A stretch of 64,000 nt of DNA from contig NC_042998.1 in assembly GCF_006345805.1 (NCBI RefSeq), forward strand, positions 144,708,001 through 144,772,000, given 5' to 3'. The position numbers and the translations under genes were made by a program. The notes under the pieces were generated by a model. It made no database searches, was not told the origin of the DNA, and was given only the letters and a program-made list of their open reading frames with translations. This stretch comes from Octopus sinensis (Eukaryota). This document shows, in pieces, positions 11,880-26,800 of this stretch (its first letter is position 1; each line of letters opens with the position of its first letter).

Positions 11880-14800
11880 CTGTGAGAAATCACACATTAT
11901 TTTGTTTTATCAAGTCTATTTGCTATAACATATGCCCATTGAGTATTTACACATTGTGAGTCAAATACTTTGCACCAACTACTGCAAGTTAATGCAACAT
12001 TTAACATCTGAATTATTTACAAAACCAACAAAGAGAGAGGTGTACATATAGCTGATGGATTCCCTTGGCTGAAAAGATGACCACTGGCACTGAAGTGTTT
12101 ACAAACCTAAAAGCTTCAGAGAGACATTACAAATCTATAGACAATACTGATCAATTTGCTGTAGAAAATTACTGTTAAAAAAATAATAAAAATTTTAAGA
12201 ATTGCTAATATTTTACAGCTGAGTTTTAGGCTCCCTTAGCTATCAAATTTTTTGTCTTTCTATCTGTAGTTGATAAAGGCAATGAAACTTAGAAATAAAG
12301 AATGTTTATATTAACCCTTTTGATACCAACACACTTGAGACCACTACTTTCTACTTTAAAGTTACGTAAGTTTAAACCTTGCCATCAAAATTTTTTGAGA
12401 ATTTTGTTTCAAACCACCAGCTTAATAATAGCCAAGCTATTGTCCTAAATTCTTTAATATCTTCCAAATTAATAAAAACAAATGCAATGTGTTCTAACAG
12501 AAATATGATAACAAAAGGGTTAACAGAAAAGGGAACATTTTCAGATCTTCAATTTATATTGACAGACATACTGTAGATAGAAACCAAAACAATCCTACTT
12601 ATGTTTATTGCTTTATTGATGAATTTTGAATAATTATCAGATATTTCTTGTTGAATTTTAGTGAAAATTTAATTATAATTCAAAATTTATCTTACTATTT
12701 TATTCGTTGTTACTACGTTTCTTCATACATTGTTACGAAAATTTAACCTTTTAGGCTACTTTCAAGCCTTCGCCATAACTTGATTTATCTTTCTATCTCT
12801 CTCTCTACAAAATTTAACCTTAGGCCAGGCTACCTCAAGCCGTAATCCTATCTCTTCCCATCTCTTCCCATCTTTCAGCCATTGGCGGTCTTTTTTCCTC
12901 CTCTCACCATTACGATTCTATATTTAAATTCCCAATTCAATTTCAACTCCCGTTCGATGTCCGCAGCAAGTTCTTAAAAATTTATCTTACTATTTTATTC
13001 GTTGTTACTACGTTTCTTCATACATTGTTACGAAAATTTAACCTTTTAGGCTACTTTCAAGCCTTCGCCATAACTTGATTTATCTTTCTATCTCTCTCTC
13101 TACAAAATTTAACCTTAGGCCAGGCTACCTCAAGCCGTAATCCTATCTCTTCCCATCTCTTCCCATCTTTCAGCCATTGGCGGTCTTTTTTCCTCCTCTC
13201 ACCATTACGATTCTATAATTTAAATTCCCAATTCAATTTCAACTCCCGTTCGATGTCCGCAGCAAGTTCTTAAAAATTTATCTTACTATTTTATTCGTTG
13301 TTACTACGTTTCTTCATACATTGTTACGAAAATTTAACCTTTTAGGCTACTTTCAAGCCTTCGCCATAACTTGATTTATCTTTCTATCTCTCTCTCTACA
13401 AAATTTAACCTTAGGCCAGGCTACCTCAAGCCGTAATCCTATCTCTTCCCATCTCTTCCCATCTTTCAGCCATTGGCGGTGCGCCCGCCCCCCCACCCCC
13501 ACCACCAATACCGATGAACACTGTTCTCACCCCCACCACCAATACCGGTGAACACTGTTCCTCACCTCCCACCACCAATACCAGTATACCCTGTCCTCAC
13601 CATCTACACCGGATACGCCCTACTCCCTCCTCCTCCCCCCACTACCCCTTCTCCTCATATGCTTTCAATGTGAAAAGACAAGCTGCTAGCGCCATAGCTC
13701 ATCAACTGCCCACCGATCTTATGCTTCCTCCTGACACTGCCTCATTCCGACTATCCCCTTTAGCACCCTCCCGCCTCGTAATATCCTATGTTTTTATTTC
13801 TTAGGAACCTACACCAACCCTTCCTGCCATCGTTCCTCCTTACCCCAACCTTCCCCACTGGTTGCTCCCCTATATTACCCGCCTCAACTGGACCCCCCCT
13901 CCCCAACTCAACTCTCGAATATCTGTATTCTTTCCTCTACCTAATAACGTTACTCAGTGACGATAACGAATGTCTTTATTTCTTAGGAACCTACACCAAC
14001 CCTTCCTGCCATCGTTCCTCCTTACCCCAACCTTCCCCACTGGTTGCCCTCCTATATTACCCGCCTCAACTGGACCTCCCCCTCCCCAACTCAACTCTAG
14101 AATATCCTCTACCTAATTACGTTACTCAGTGATGATAAATGCTGTGACTACAAAGACCCGGGCTGCTTTCTGCAGCAATTCCACATACCCCCTACTCATT
14201 CTAAGTACCCCGGATCCCCAAAGTACCCTGGATCCCCAAAGTACCCCGGACCTCGTTGCCCATGTGCCGCTGACACGTTAAAATGCTCGAACCGATCGTG
14301 ACGATGCCGGACCCTCCGGCCCCTGTGCAGGTGGCACGTAAAAAGCACCCAATCCACTCACGGAGTGGTTGGCGTTAGGAAGGGCATCCAGCCGTAGAAA
14401 CTCTGCCAGATTCAGACTGGAGCCTGGTGCGGCCCCTGGCTTCCCAGACCCGGTCAAACCGTCCAACCCGTGCTAGCGCGGAAAGCGGACGTTAAACGAT
14501 GATGATGATGATGATGACAGAATTTTATGTAACATACTGACAGTAGCCAACTGTGACAGCCCTTATCAACATCTTAAAATATATTAAAGTATATTTGCTG
14601 CTAAATTAATGAGCAAATTTGTAGTAACTCCTTATTGTTAAAGAAGTTAAGTAATAATGATTTCAGAAAAATATTTGGAAAATATTAAAAAATTTCTAAA
14701 TATATTGTCCTCTGTCACAAAGATGTTTACATGAGTGTAGAGTGAACCTTATTTACATTTCTAAAAGCTTTTTGGCTCCTTGCTTTGAAGGGGTGAGACC

Positions 14801-17800
14801 AATAAGTTACTAGGAACAAACAACTGCCAGACTTTCACTGGAACGTGCAAGTTTGTTAAAACTATTGTCCATATCATCATTGTTACAAAGCCATGATGTA
14901 TAGGTTAGTTAAAAGCAGTTATACTACTGTGGAAATTAACATCATAGAATAACATGTAGCTAATGAACAACATATAGTTACTGAATAACACATAGCTATC
15001 AACTACAATACAGCCAAAGTTTTCCTCTTCCAAAAGTTAATAAAATTAACAAGTAATATTTTGTATACTGTCCCATGCCAAGCAATGTGATTCAATGCCA
15101 AAGTTCTTGCTTAAATGTACTCAGCTCCTAAGCATTTGCAAAAATGATACCAGTTTTACATACAGTCAGTCCTGCAATACTTGTTCATATATTTTCTATG
15201 AATTAACCCATCACTAATCATATAATAACATTACTTTGTCTCTTTATCACTACAATTCATCTACAGAAATTATTGAAGTAAAAGTTGCTCAAACAGAGTA
15301 TACACTAATCAAAATAATACTAACCTAACCTATGCTATCAGAAGTTCCCACAGAATATACAAATGCAGAAAAATAAATAACTGAACAATTACTTCATTAG
15401 AGAGTGAGATGGTAGGGGTGTAGTGGAGATAACAGGAGCAGGTTGATGCATTATTGAGCGAATAAAGATGAGGTGGTATATCATCAGCAGATACTGACCA
15501 GAATAGTAAATGAGAGAGAGGGAAGTTAGAGTTACATGTTAACTCAACTGATAAAAGAAGGCTGGATCATTTTTTTGTTAATTTTTTAAATATGGATGTA
15601 GTCTAAAATGTGGCCAATGTTTTCTCTCAAATAAGTGGACAATAAGATGATACTGTATATTGCTGTGTCCATTATTTTGTGGGCAGATACATGGGGTTCA
15701 AAATAATTTTTGACTTTTAATAAGAAAGCCAGGTCGGGGGGGGGGGGGGGGCGTTAACCCCCACCACCATCTCCATATGCACGACTGGCAGGACATATTG
15801 TATGTAACATGCTATTGCCGATTGGAAAATTGTACAAACAAAATTTAAACAAAAAGAAAGTCTTTGATGTAAAATTATTAACACAGAAACATTCAAATGA
15901 AATAACAAGTTCCTTAAATATATATATATATTAGTAAAGCATGGGGAATGCTTAACTGTTTGGATAGGATATGGAAATTTAATCTTCTGTGAAAACTAAA
16001 ATAGACTTCTTTAGAGCTGCAGCTGAATCTATTATGGACACTAATAGCTCTCATGAAGAAAACACTAACTGGCACATACATCAGGTTGGTCTGTGCTGCT
16101 CTAACTTTATCATTGCATCAATACGACTAATAAAGAACTACACCAAGACATCCCATATATCACAGAAACAATATGAAAGCACAGGTTGTAATTTATTGGA
16201 CACAGCTGGTGTCAAAAAATGGAGTTAGTGGCTGAAGTTCTTCGGTGGCAACCTGTTCATCTTAAATGGAAAAAAGACCAGCAAAACACTACATCAACCA
16301 ATTGTTAGAATACAGTAGATGCACTATCCAAGAGTTTTAAAATGGCATGGATGGAAGATGTGTATCAGCAATGCTGAGAAATTTTATATCCCCTAACTGA
16401 ACTAACTACACAGTGGACTCTCCTGTCATAAATGACAGATGGTGGTTTAACAACTTGTTGCTGAACAATATGCAAAGATAATTTGTTTATAGTGACCAAA
16501 TGTTTGTCCTGTGCATTTGTTCACTCTCTCCATCAAATTGACATTCCCTATACAGGTGCCACACATCAGATGTTGAGGTGATTGCAGAACAATTTGAAAT
16601 GAAGTGTTTTGCTCAAGAACACAATGCATTGCCTGGTATGGGTATCGAAACCATGATCTTGCAATTGTGACTGCAACATGCTAACCAATAGGCCATGGAC
16701 GAGTACACGTATGTGCGTGCACACACACATTGGGGCTTATCAAAATCATCAGAAATAATCTCCATGCTGGCTCTAGTTTCAAACTCTGTTGAGAAAATCT
16801 ATTTGATTTTAGATTTTCATTGATTAAACTTCAAGAGCACTTTACCAAGATTTCGGGCAATTTATGAATTTTCAGTCAGTTTTAACAAACCAAATATCTC
16901 TTAGCTAATTTAATTTTTTAATAAAATATTTAACTGAAATCATTCCAAAATTCAAAATGTCAACAAAGCAAGATAATAGCATTTACTGCTATGTAAGTAT
17001 GTATATTACGTGGCATGTGTTAACAAGCAAATTTGCTAAAAATATCAAAGTTCACATTAAAACTCAGGAGCAAAATCACCTGTCAGAATTCACAAGGAAA
17101 TCTATAGCTTAAAGAACTCTGACAATTAATGCAAATAAAATTAACAGAAAATCCTTGGTTAATGCATAGCAAAGCTCACTTAAACATCCTTCTGTAATTA
17201 AAGAATTTTTTTTTATAAAATAATTTTTAAAACTAAGTTTCTTTTTTTTTCTTGTTTCCACAACAACAATCAAAATACTTCATTGTTAAAATGAAAAGTA
17301 TTTTGGCAGCAGCAGACATCTATTTTAGATACTTTGATTTCATACCACAATGGCATAAAACAATGAAAATATAAAATAAAAACAAACATATCCACGAAGT
17401 CTGCAATATTTAAAAAAGAAAATAGATGGAGTGAAAAGTAGAGATTCTTCATACATAAATAATAAATAATTTTAATGTGACTGACAATCAAAGCTAAAAG
17501 ATAAATATGTTTTATCACATGGCTAATATTGAGTTGAGTCTGAGCTAAAAAGGGTGAAAATTAACATCCATATGTAACAGTAAACAAAAACGTCTACATC
17601 ATCAAAGTATTTTTCAAAAATTAAATCCCAAACAAAAGCCAGTCAATAAATCAATAATATATAAAGACTACTAGCCTCTATCCTTGATTTCAGATGTTTC
17701 TCATGGGATTCTCCAAGTTTTTCCTTCGATGAATAAGACCGCACTTCATCTTTAAGTAGCTTGATAATAAAATACAGAAATGACAATAATTCAATCCAAA

Positions 17801-20800
17801 ACTTCTTAGGAACAATAACTCAATAAAGAAATAGCTGCAAAATTCTAAAAAAAATTTTGATTTTATTTATACAAGCTCACAATATAGCATGCTGTGTGAG
17901 TGTGTGTGTGTGGTTGTGATACACACACACATGATGTGCAGATATTTCTACACATACACAAGGGAATGACCTATAAATCTAGAAGTCTCTGTGGCACTTA
18001 AGTGCTCTTCAGTCCACAAAAGATACCCCACCTCCCTCAAAATCAATGAAACATTGATGCATGCTTTATTATCTGTATCAAGTCAACCACCACTGAAAAT
18101 AGATTCTTGCACAGTTGCTTTTGTAAAAAGAATTGATGCTACATTTTTGCAAAACCATACATCCACATTCAGCAACAAGTTTAGTGTTCAGGTACGGAGA
18201 CCATCAAGGATCAGTCCTCAACCCTTTTCTGCTCAGTATAGTATTCTAAGCCATAACAGAGGAGTTGCTCATGGAAATTATTATATGGTGATGGCTTAGT
18301 TATTGTAGATGAATCTGTAAAAGAATTAGAGAAGAAATTCCAGACATGGAAACAAAACATAGGCTAGAGAGACCTCAAGGTAAACTTAGCAAAGCCTAAA
18401 GTGTCATTAGGCATGGCTGTGTGTGTGTGCACGGACATGCACGTGACTGTCTCTCTGCTTTGACATTGTGTGATAGTTGTAAGCAAGTGTCACCATCATG
18501 CAAGCTGGATCCATTTCCAATCTTCCATGAAAACATGTCCGGTAACAGGGAAATATTACCTTATTTGGAAACAGGAAGGACATCTGGCCATAGAAAATCC
18601 AACTCAACAAGTTCTATCTAATCCATGCAAAAATGGAAAAGTGGATGTTAAAATGATGCTGAGAGAAGACAGGCCTGCATCACCTATCAAAAACTTAACA
18701 CAAAGATCCCTATCAAATACTTTGAGTTATGCTTTCAGCTTATCAATAGTTAAATGGAATTTATAAAGGAGATTCTTCAGTAGGTGCAGGCATGGCTGTG
18801 TGGTTAAGAAGCTTGCTTTGCCACCATGTGGTTTTGGGTTTAATCCTACTACACAGCACCTTGAGCAAGTGTCTTCTACTATAGATCTGGGCGACTGATG
18901 CCTTGTGAAGAAATTTGGTAGATTGAAACTATGTGGAAGCATATTATGGGCATGTAACTGTTTGTTCCCCTCCACTTGACAACTGATGTTGGTTTGTTTA
19001 CATTCCCATAACAATGGTTTGGCAAAAGAAACTAATGAAATAAGTACCAAACTTAAAAAAAAAAAGTATTGGTGTTGACTTATTTGACTAAAATACTTTA
19101 AGGTGGGGCCCTAGCATGGCTGCAGTCTAATGACTGTAACAAGTAAAAGGATAAAATCTACAACAATATGGTTAGCTAAAAGGATTTCAAATATCAACCT
19201 ATCTGAATTAACCAAACTAATCAACTCGATGCATTCCCAATAATACTTTCTATTCATCTGACATGTATTTCTGGTGAAGTACATTGACATTAGCTAAAGT
19301 ATCACCAGTGAATGTGGTTTCCTGCAATTTGATTATTAGACCAACTAAAGTTCACTAAAACTAATCAATCAACCAGTCAATCATCTTGTTCAAACTATTG
19401 ATCTTTTATCAGTCAGTAATTTCAAGACAGTGATTTCAACACTTAAGCAGGAAGACTATGCCAATTGGGATTTTAATTCATTTAGATATTAAAACTGAAA
19501 TTGTGTGAATGTTGGGAAATTAATTGGAAAGTCAATGGTTTGTATGGGAATGTATCCTTTAGCTAAGACATTTTAACTCACAATGGCCCATCTGCCTAAT
19601 TGGTAATAGGTACCTTGAAGGTAAGTACAGCTCATTGTTTTATGATCTTTCAGAGATGAGTACAAGTTTTTTTTATGGACTAGGAGAAAGCAACAGCAAA
19701 TCAAGTTTATTCCTTCTAAGAAAACCATGCAGATTTTTTCATCTATAAAGTCACCAGTAATCTTCAACAGAATAATAGACTTTCAAGTCTATCAAAGAAG
19801 CAAAAATACAACATAAAGACTTCCTTGACCAGCGTCTAGCAATTAATATTAGTATGACCATAGGTCAACAGTTAATATTTACAAAGTATAAATCTGACAA
19901 GTTACACAGAATCAAAATGTAACAGAAAGATCAGAGGTTTTTCTATTGCACTCTGCCACAAGTGAAGTTAGACAAGTGATAATGGTGCTTTTATGTAGTT
20001 AATATTTTGTTGTTTTGCTTCCAGTTGTTATTATGGTTTGGAATGGTACACACCCTGTGTTTGCTGGTAATAGTAATAGGTAGAGTTTTTTTTTTGTCAC
20101 ACTCTGTATTAAACATTGTACTGATGAAATCCAATTAAATTAAAGTCGTAGCAACATATGAATGTAAAAGAAAAATTTTAATACATACAGGTAAAAATTT
20201 TTATTCCTTTCCATTCATTAGCAGAAACAAAAGATTGCTGCACTGCATTTATTTCCCTTATTGTTGAGACTAACCAATCAACTAAGAAATTATATAATCA
20301 TCATGATGTTAATGTCCCTTTTCCAAGTTGGACTGAGTTGGATGGTTATTTTATTGAGGTAGATTTTCTAAGGCTAGTTGGATGACCTTCATATCACCAA
20401 TCCCCACACTTTTCCAAGCAAGGTAATATTTCATAGTCACCAGACATAGTTTTTGCAGAATATTGGAAATGAGTAACAAGGACACACATAATCTATATAT
20501 TGGGTCATCCCATAAATAATGCTGTTTTTTAACACTTATTTTATTTTTCAAAATTAAGATAAACAAAGTTCTTTTTTAAATCTAAAATATACTCTTTTAT
20601 TTTCAACAATGCTCTTCCATCTATCTGGTAGGCTTGCAAGGCCTCTCTTCCGAAATTCAGTCTGTGATAAAAAATACTTCTCCAGTACTGTTCTGACCTC
20701 GCCTACAGAATTCATATTTTATTTACCATCCAAATGATTTTGAAGACTGCAGAATAAATGATAATCAGGTGGGGCAATGTCTGGCAAATATGATGGTTGG

Positions 20801-23800
20801 AGCATTGTTTCCCATTCAAACTGCTCCAGCCTTTGGAATGTCATCCTTGCTGTATGAGGCCGAGCATTATTTCGTCTTGAAACCAAAGATAACTGTTTTC
20901 CTTTAAGCACTGACTTAAGCTGCTCAAGTTGCTTGCAATAGATCTTTATCCTTTGGTTTGGGTTTAAAAGTTCAAAGTGGACTGAATCTTTCATATCCCA
21001 CCAAACAGATAACAACACCTTATGTGGGTGAAGACTTTCTTTAACCTGGAGTGTTGGTGTTTCTCCTTGACATTTTTATAGAGAACCCATTTCTCATCAC
21101 CAGTCACTATTTGGTCCAAAAAAGGTTCATTTGTGAGATGTGACAGCAAAGAAGAGCACACGATTAGATTCAGAAAGTTTAATGAACCCACTGACCCAAT
21201 TTTCTGACTTTTCCAATGACACACAGATGTCGACGAATGATTGAATGACCAAATCTAAACTTCTCTGCTACTTCAACAGTTACAATTGGATTTTGTTCCA
21301 CCAGGGTTTTCAGGACATCCTCGTTGAGCTCTATAGTTCTTCCAGGAGGAGACTTGTCTTCTAGGCTGTAGTTTCTGGCCTGAAATTTCTGGAACCATCG
21401 TTGACACTGGCTTATGCCTATTGTCCGATCCCCATATACTGCATTAATATTCCTGTCACTTTTTGTTGCATTGTTGCCTTTATTAAACTCATAAAGCAAA
21501 ATATACCGAATATGCTCCTTTGTCATTTCCATTAAAGCTTTGAAAAAATAGCTATTAAAATTGAACTGCACTCTTCAAAACTTGCACTGGGAATAAGGTT
21601 ATGGTAAAATTAATACCCGCGTTTATAGCAAGTTGATGCAGGTAGTTTATCCTGTCTCCACTCCAAACGAACTAAAGTTCATGCAATTGAAAAAAACCGT
21701 ATTATTTATGGGATGACCCAATATATATATAGTGACCCCCTTCGGTCAGACACTGACCATGGGTTTGCACCTAGAGAGTTACTCTCTGGGGCACAAGTCT
21801 GGGCAAGGTTGTTTCATGGAAGACTAGCAGTCACCCATGCATACCGGCCTCCCCTCTCCACATCACCGATGTTGTCCAAGGGAAAGGCAAGGGCCGATAC
21901 AGCTTAGCACCTGTAACGTCGCAACTCATTTCTACAGCTGAGTGAACTGGAGCAACGTGAAATAAAGTGTCTTGCTCAAGAACACAACACGCAGCCCGGT
22001 CCGGGACTCAAGCTCACAACCTCACGATCGTAAGCTCGACGCTCTAACCACTGAGCCACGCGCCTTCACTATATATATATATATATACACACAGGGTATT
22101 CAGGCTAAATTTGACAGTTTGCATAAAATGTAAAGGAAAACAATTTCCTATTTAAAAGTCAAAGTATTTAAAAAAGTTTAAAAAAAATCTCAACTAGATT
22201 ATGGCTAGGAGAAAAGTAGTTGCCCTTAGCTTCCACCATAGTCTCCTCAAGACAGCTCTGGAACTTGCAGCATGTGTTCCTTGCTGTGTCTTTGGGAAAA
22301 TCTATGAACACTTCCTTGATCTTACTTGGTCACCAGTTTGGACTTGGAGTTGCAGGCAGAGTGGTTGGTGTCTTTCTCCACCTGACCCCACACAGTAATC
22401 CATTGGATTACAATCAGGGGAATTAGGAGGCCAGAAATTGGGGGTGGTGAAGTAGTAGAAATTCTCCAAAAACCACTTCTGACTCTTTCTAGAGTTATGG
22501 CCAGAAGCTGAATCCTACTGCCACAAATATGGCCTTCCAACAGAATTGAGTCGCGGTCCTGTTCAAAGATGTGGGACACATGAGACCATCTCATTACAGG
22601 CACATCCAAAGACCATCACAATTTGGGGTAACTTGGTTTTCATGATGTCTATGTCATGTCTTACAGCCTTTACAGTGTTTTCAGAGCATTGAGTAGCAGT
22701 CATGACATTGGCATTTTGATGCCAACAGAAATCACCATGATACAGGGAACTCTTTTCCAATATTCAGATGGCTTCCAGTCTTCCATATCATCTAACTTTT
22801 TCTAAACTACAACTTTAATATTCATGCTCTCCAACACTGTTCAATACATCAAGCTGTTCCTGAAGAAAGGAGACATAAAAAAATCATCAAATTTAGACTA
22901 AACACCCTGTGTATGCACACAAGAAGTTTCTTTCAGTTTCTGTCTACCAATCCTTTCACAAGGCTTTGATCGGCTGAGGGCCATTATAGATAACACTTGT
23001 CCATGGTGCCACACAGTGAGATTGATCCTGCGACCATGTGGTACAGAACCAAACTTTTCAACCATACAGCCACACCTGCACCTATAAAGCAGTAAAACCC
23101 CAGAAAATCTTTAGATCAAATCACAATCTAGAAGATATGTATTTCTCTTTCTCTTTTCTCTTTTACTTGTTTCAGTCATTTGACTGCGGCCATGCTGGAG
23201 CACCGCCTTTAATCGAGCAACTCGACCCCGGAACTTATTCTTTGTAAGCCCAGTACTTATTCTATCGGTCTCTTTTTTGCCGAACTGCTAAGTGACGGGG
23301 ATGTAAACACACCAGCATAGGTTGTCAAGCAATGCTAGGGGGACAAACACAGACACACAAACAAACACATATATATATATACATATATACGACAAGGTTC
23401 TTTCAGTTTCCGTCTACCAAATCCACTCACAAGGCATTAGTCGGCCTGGGGCTATAGCAGAAGACACTTGCCCAAGATGCCACGCAGTGGGACTGAACCC
23501 GGAACCATGTGGTTGGTTAGCAAGCTACTTACCACACAGCCACTCCTGCACCTATTTGGTTAGGTTACCTTAATTTAACTAATAAAAATACAAGAATAGA
23601 TAAACACATACCTTTATTTTCTCCTCCAATTGCTTTTCAGTTGCATCAGCTTGTTTGTCTTTCTTGTCCATCTGTTGTTCTAAATCCTAAAATAAAATAT
23701 GAAATAATATAATTCAGAAGTCAATTTTTGTTTCAAATACAAAGCAGAATAAAAAGTGTTTACTGACTTGCCTGTCTATTATTTGGCAGCTATTACGTGT

Positions 23801-26800
23801 CATTATTTCTACAGTCATTTTTTATATTAATGGATTTGTTGTATTACTGTTCATGGTCAGTAGTGAATGACAAAAGTAATGAAAGTAAAGTGTAAAATAT
23901 TGTTCAAAGCTGTTATTTTGGTATACAATATAGACATCTATAACACATAGATGTTACATCTGCACCTATATTGTATTCACACACACATAGCAACATATAT
24001 TACATTATACTTTCCTCTCAAAGTAAAAGTTAATGTCAGAAAATACAGATATATTTACAATGAGTTTCAGCTCACTGAGCTGCTACTATAAACCTGGGTT
24101 TTTTTTCAACATTCATTTATAACACAGACTCATTAATTGTCAATGGTGAAAAATATCTAAATATAAATGGTTAATGCAGCTCACCACTGCCAGACACAAA
24201 ACATGCAATATAACAAATGTAATTCATTAGTCTGTGTGCTAAAATACTATGAGTGAAATCTGAATGAAAGAAAATAGACAGTGTAGAGAGCTCTCCCAAA
24301 CAATAACACTGACCACTACCATTGCTGTCACCATAATCCTCTTATGCCTGCTTTCAATGTTGGTGTTGATAAGATAGTTGAGCATTGTCTGAGTTAGCTG
24401 TAACTTGGGGCTATTGCTCTTCCAAGATGGGTTGGAGGATCATGTCTGGCTCCTATGTTCCATTTTGACATGGCTTCTACAGCTGCATGCTCTTCGTGTG
24501 CAGTGCAAGACTGCAGTCTTCACTAATCTGTTATCTCTCTTCATTCCTGACAATGTAATCAAGAGGATTACAAGCCTTTGGTTAGCCTGGGGTTATTGTA
24601 GAAGAAACTTGTCCAAGGTGCTACACAGTGGGAATGAACCTAAGACTATGTGTAAGGAAGCAACTTCTTAACTACACAGTCACACCTGCAGCTTCCCTAA
24701 TTTTCTTCTCAAATGTTGTCTGTTGTTTAAGAAACAACAGATAGCACGTAAAAAAATGTGTTTGCCACCAAGATAAATTCCGTCTCCCCTTATCAATCAT
24801 AAAAAAAACAACAACAAAACAAAAAAAAGAAGTCAACTTACTTTAATCCTCTCTTGAAGCTGAGCAACTCTATTTTCCAGTTGATGCTTTGTCATTTCAT
24901 CATTTGAAACTTGGCTCTCTAAACCCTAAAATACAAAAACAGTTTATAACAGTGATAAATGGAAATCATAATTTTTGTTGTAGCTTTTTGGAATTACGAC
25001 TACATCTATCTCAATTTTCAAATTCATCTCTGCTTTCTGTATTTTTTTGCCCGCCTCATATAAAGAAAAAGAATGGTCATCTTAATTGAATATTTCCAAA
25101 AAGAAATTATTTATAAGAAACTATATCTTCAAAAAGTAAGGTACAAAGTATTTAACCCTTTAGCATTTAAACCAGCCATATCAGACCAAAATATTTTACC
25201 AGTTTTCATGTTGAAACCAGCTAGATCTGGTCTCTCACACCTACCCTATTGTCATTGTAAAAATAAACAGTCACATCATCGAAATCTTGAAGCTACAAGA
25301 TAATGTATGATTAATTCAATGTGAATAAATAAGCATTAAATTTGACAGAATAATCTGAATGCTAAAGGGTTTGCTTTCCAATCACATGTCTTCGAATTCA
25401 TTGTGTGTGTGACACCTTGGGTAAGTGTCTTCAATAGACCTATGATGACCAAAATCTTTTAAGTGGATTTGGTACTCAGAAGATTAGTCAACAATGGACA
25501 TGCAGCAGGGACTGAACCCCAAACCACACAACCATGCCTGTGCTTAAAGAATGCACCATAGTAGAGCACATTACACACCATCCTTGTTATCGTTTAAAAC
25601 TCTCTTTTCTATGTTTGCATGGGTCAGGCAGAATTTATTGAAATAGATTTCCTATGGCCAGATATATTTTTCATGGAAGGCTGGAAATGAACAACATCTG
25701 TTGTATGATGATGATGGTGATGCTCATTCACAATCATCACATGATGTCAAGGCAAAGAAACATACAAACATGCACGCATACATGAATATATAAATGATGG
25801 GCTTCTTTCAGCTTTCATTCACAAGGCTTTCGTCAGGGCTACATGGACTGAACCCAAGACCATGTGGTTTAGAAGGAAGTTTTTTTGACCATGTAATTTA
25901 CATCTTGAAATTTGCCAGTGTTGTTGCACACAAGGACTGAAGCTACATGGTTGGGTAGCAAGCTTCTTAACCATACACAAAAGATTGGCCTCCTTACAGC
26001 ATTTTACTAACAAACTCCATGCACAAAGTATCTGTGAAGCTATTGCAAAAGAGACTTGCCCATGTGGTTGTCAATGGTAATAGGCCTAGAATCCTGTGGT
26101 TGTGATGTAAACTTCTAAACCATATTTACAACCATGTGAATGTGAAAAAAATTTTTTTAATCAGTATCTTTAATATTTAATGATTTCTATTGTATTTAAA
26201 GAAAAGCCATGTGGAAGAGCACATCATCATCATCATTGTTTAACATCTGTCTTCCATGCATGCATGGTAAGATGGTTGACAGGAACCGGCCAGGTGGAAG
26301 ACTACCCCAGGCTACTGTGTCTGTTTTGGCAGGGTTTTTAAAACTGGATGCCCTTCCTAATACTAACCACTCCATAGAGAGGACTAAGTGCTTTTTACCA
26401 GATGGTTGGGAAGAAAGCTCCTTGACCATGAAATTTACATCTTTTGTGGAAATTTAGAAAAAGGTAACATACTTTGTATTGTGTTGAAAGACATTTATCA
26501 TCATCATACTTTGTGAGTGGAGTTTGTAAGTAAAAAGCTGTAAGGAGGCTTATCCTGTGTGTATGGTTAAGAAGCTTGCTACCCAAACATGTAGTTTCAG
26601 TCCTTGTGTGCAGCAACACGAGCAAATTTCAAGATGTAAATTATGTGGTCAAGAAATTTCCTTCCAAACCACATGGTCTTGGGTTCAGTCATGTGTAGCA
26701 CATTGGGTAAATTTCTTCTATAACAGCCCTAGATTGACCAAAGCCTGAAAGAAGCTCAGCATATGTTTATATGTGTGTGTGTACTTTTGTCTTGATATCA

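Noticed and set aside
12682-13480. 295-bp array as a retrozyme or CRISPR-like array
   Set aside because: No CUGANGA/GAAA hammerhead core found on either strand, and no unique spacers.
15393-15493. Possible 101-nt exon (cag...gtaatt) on the minus strand
   Set aside because: Not phase 0-0, not coiled-coil-like, and resembles the purine-rich repeat tracts; it would need an unlikely alternative donor on exon P.
21990-22069. tRNA gene
   Set aside because: The tRNA-like head continues into a SINE body; no complete cloverleaf or terminator.
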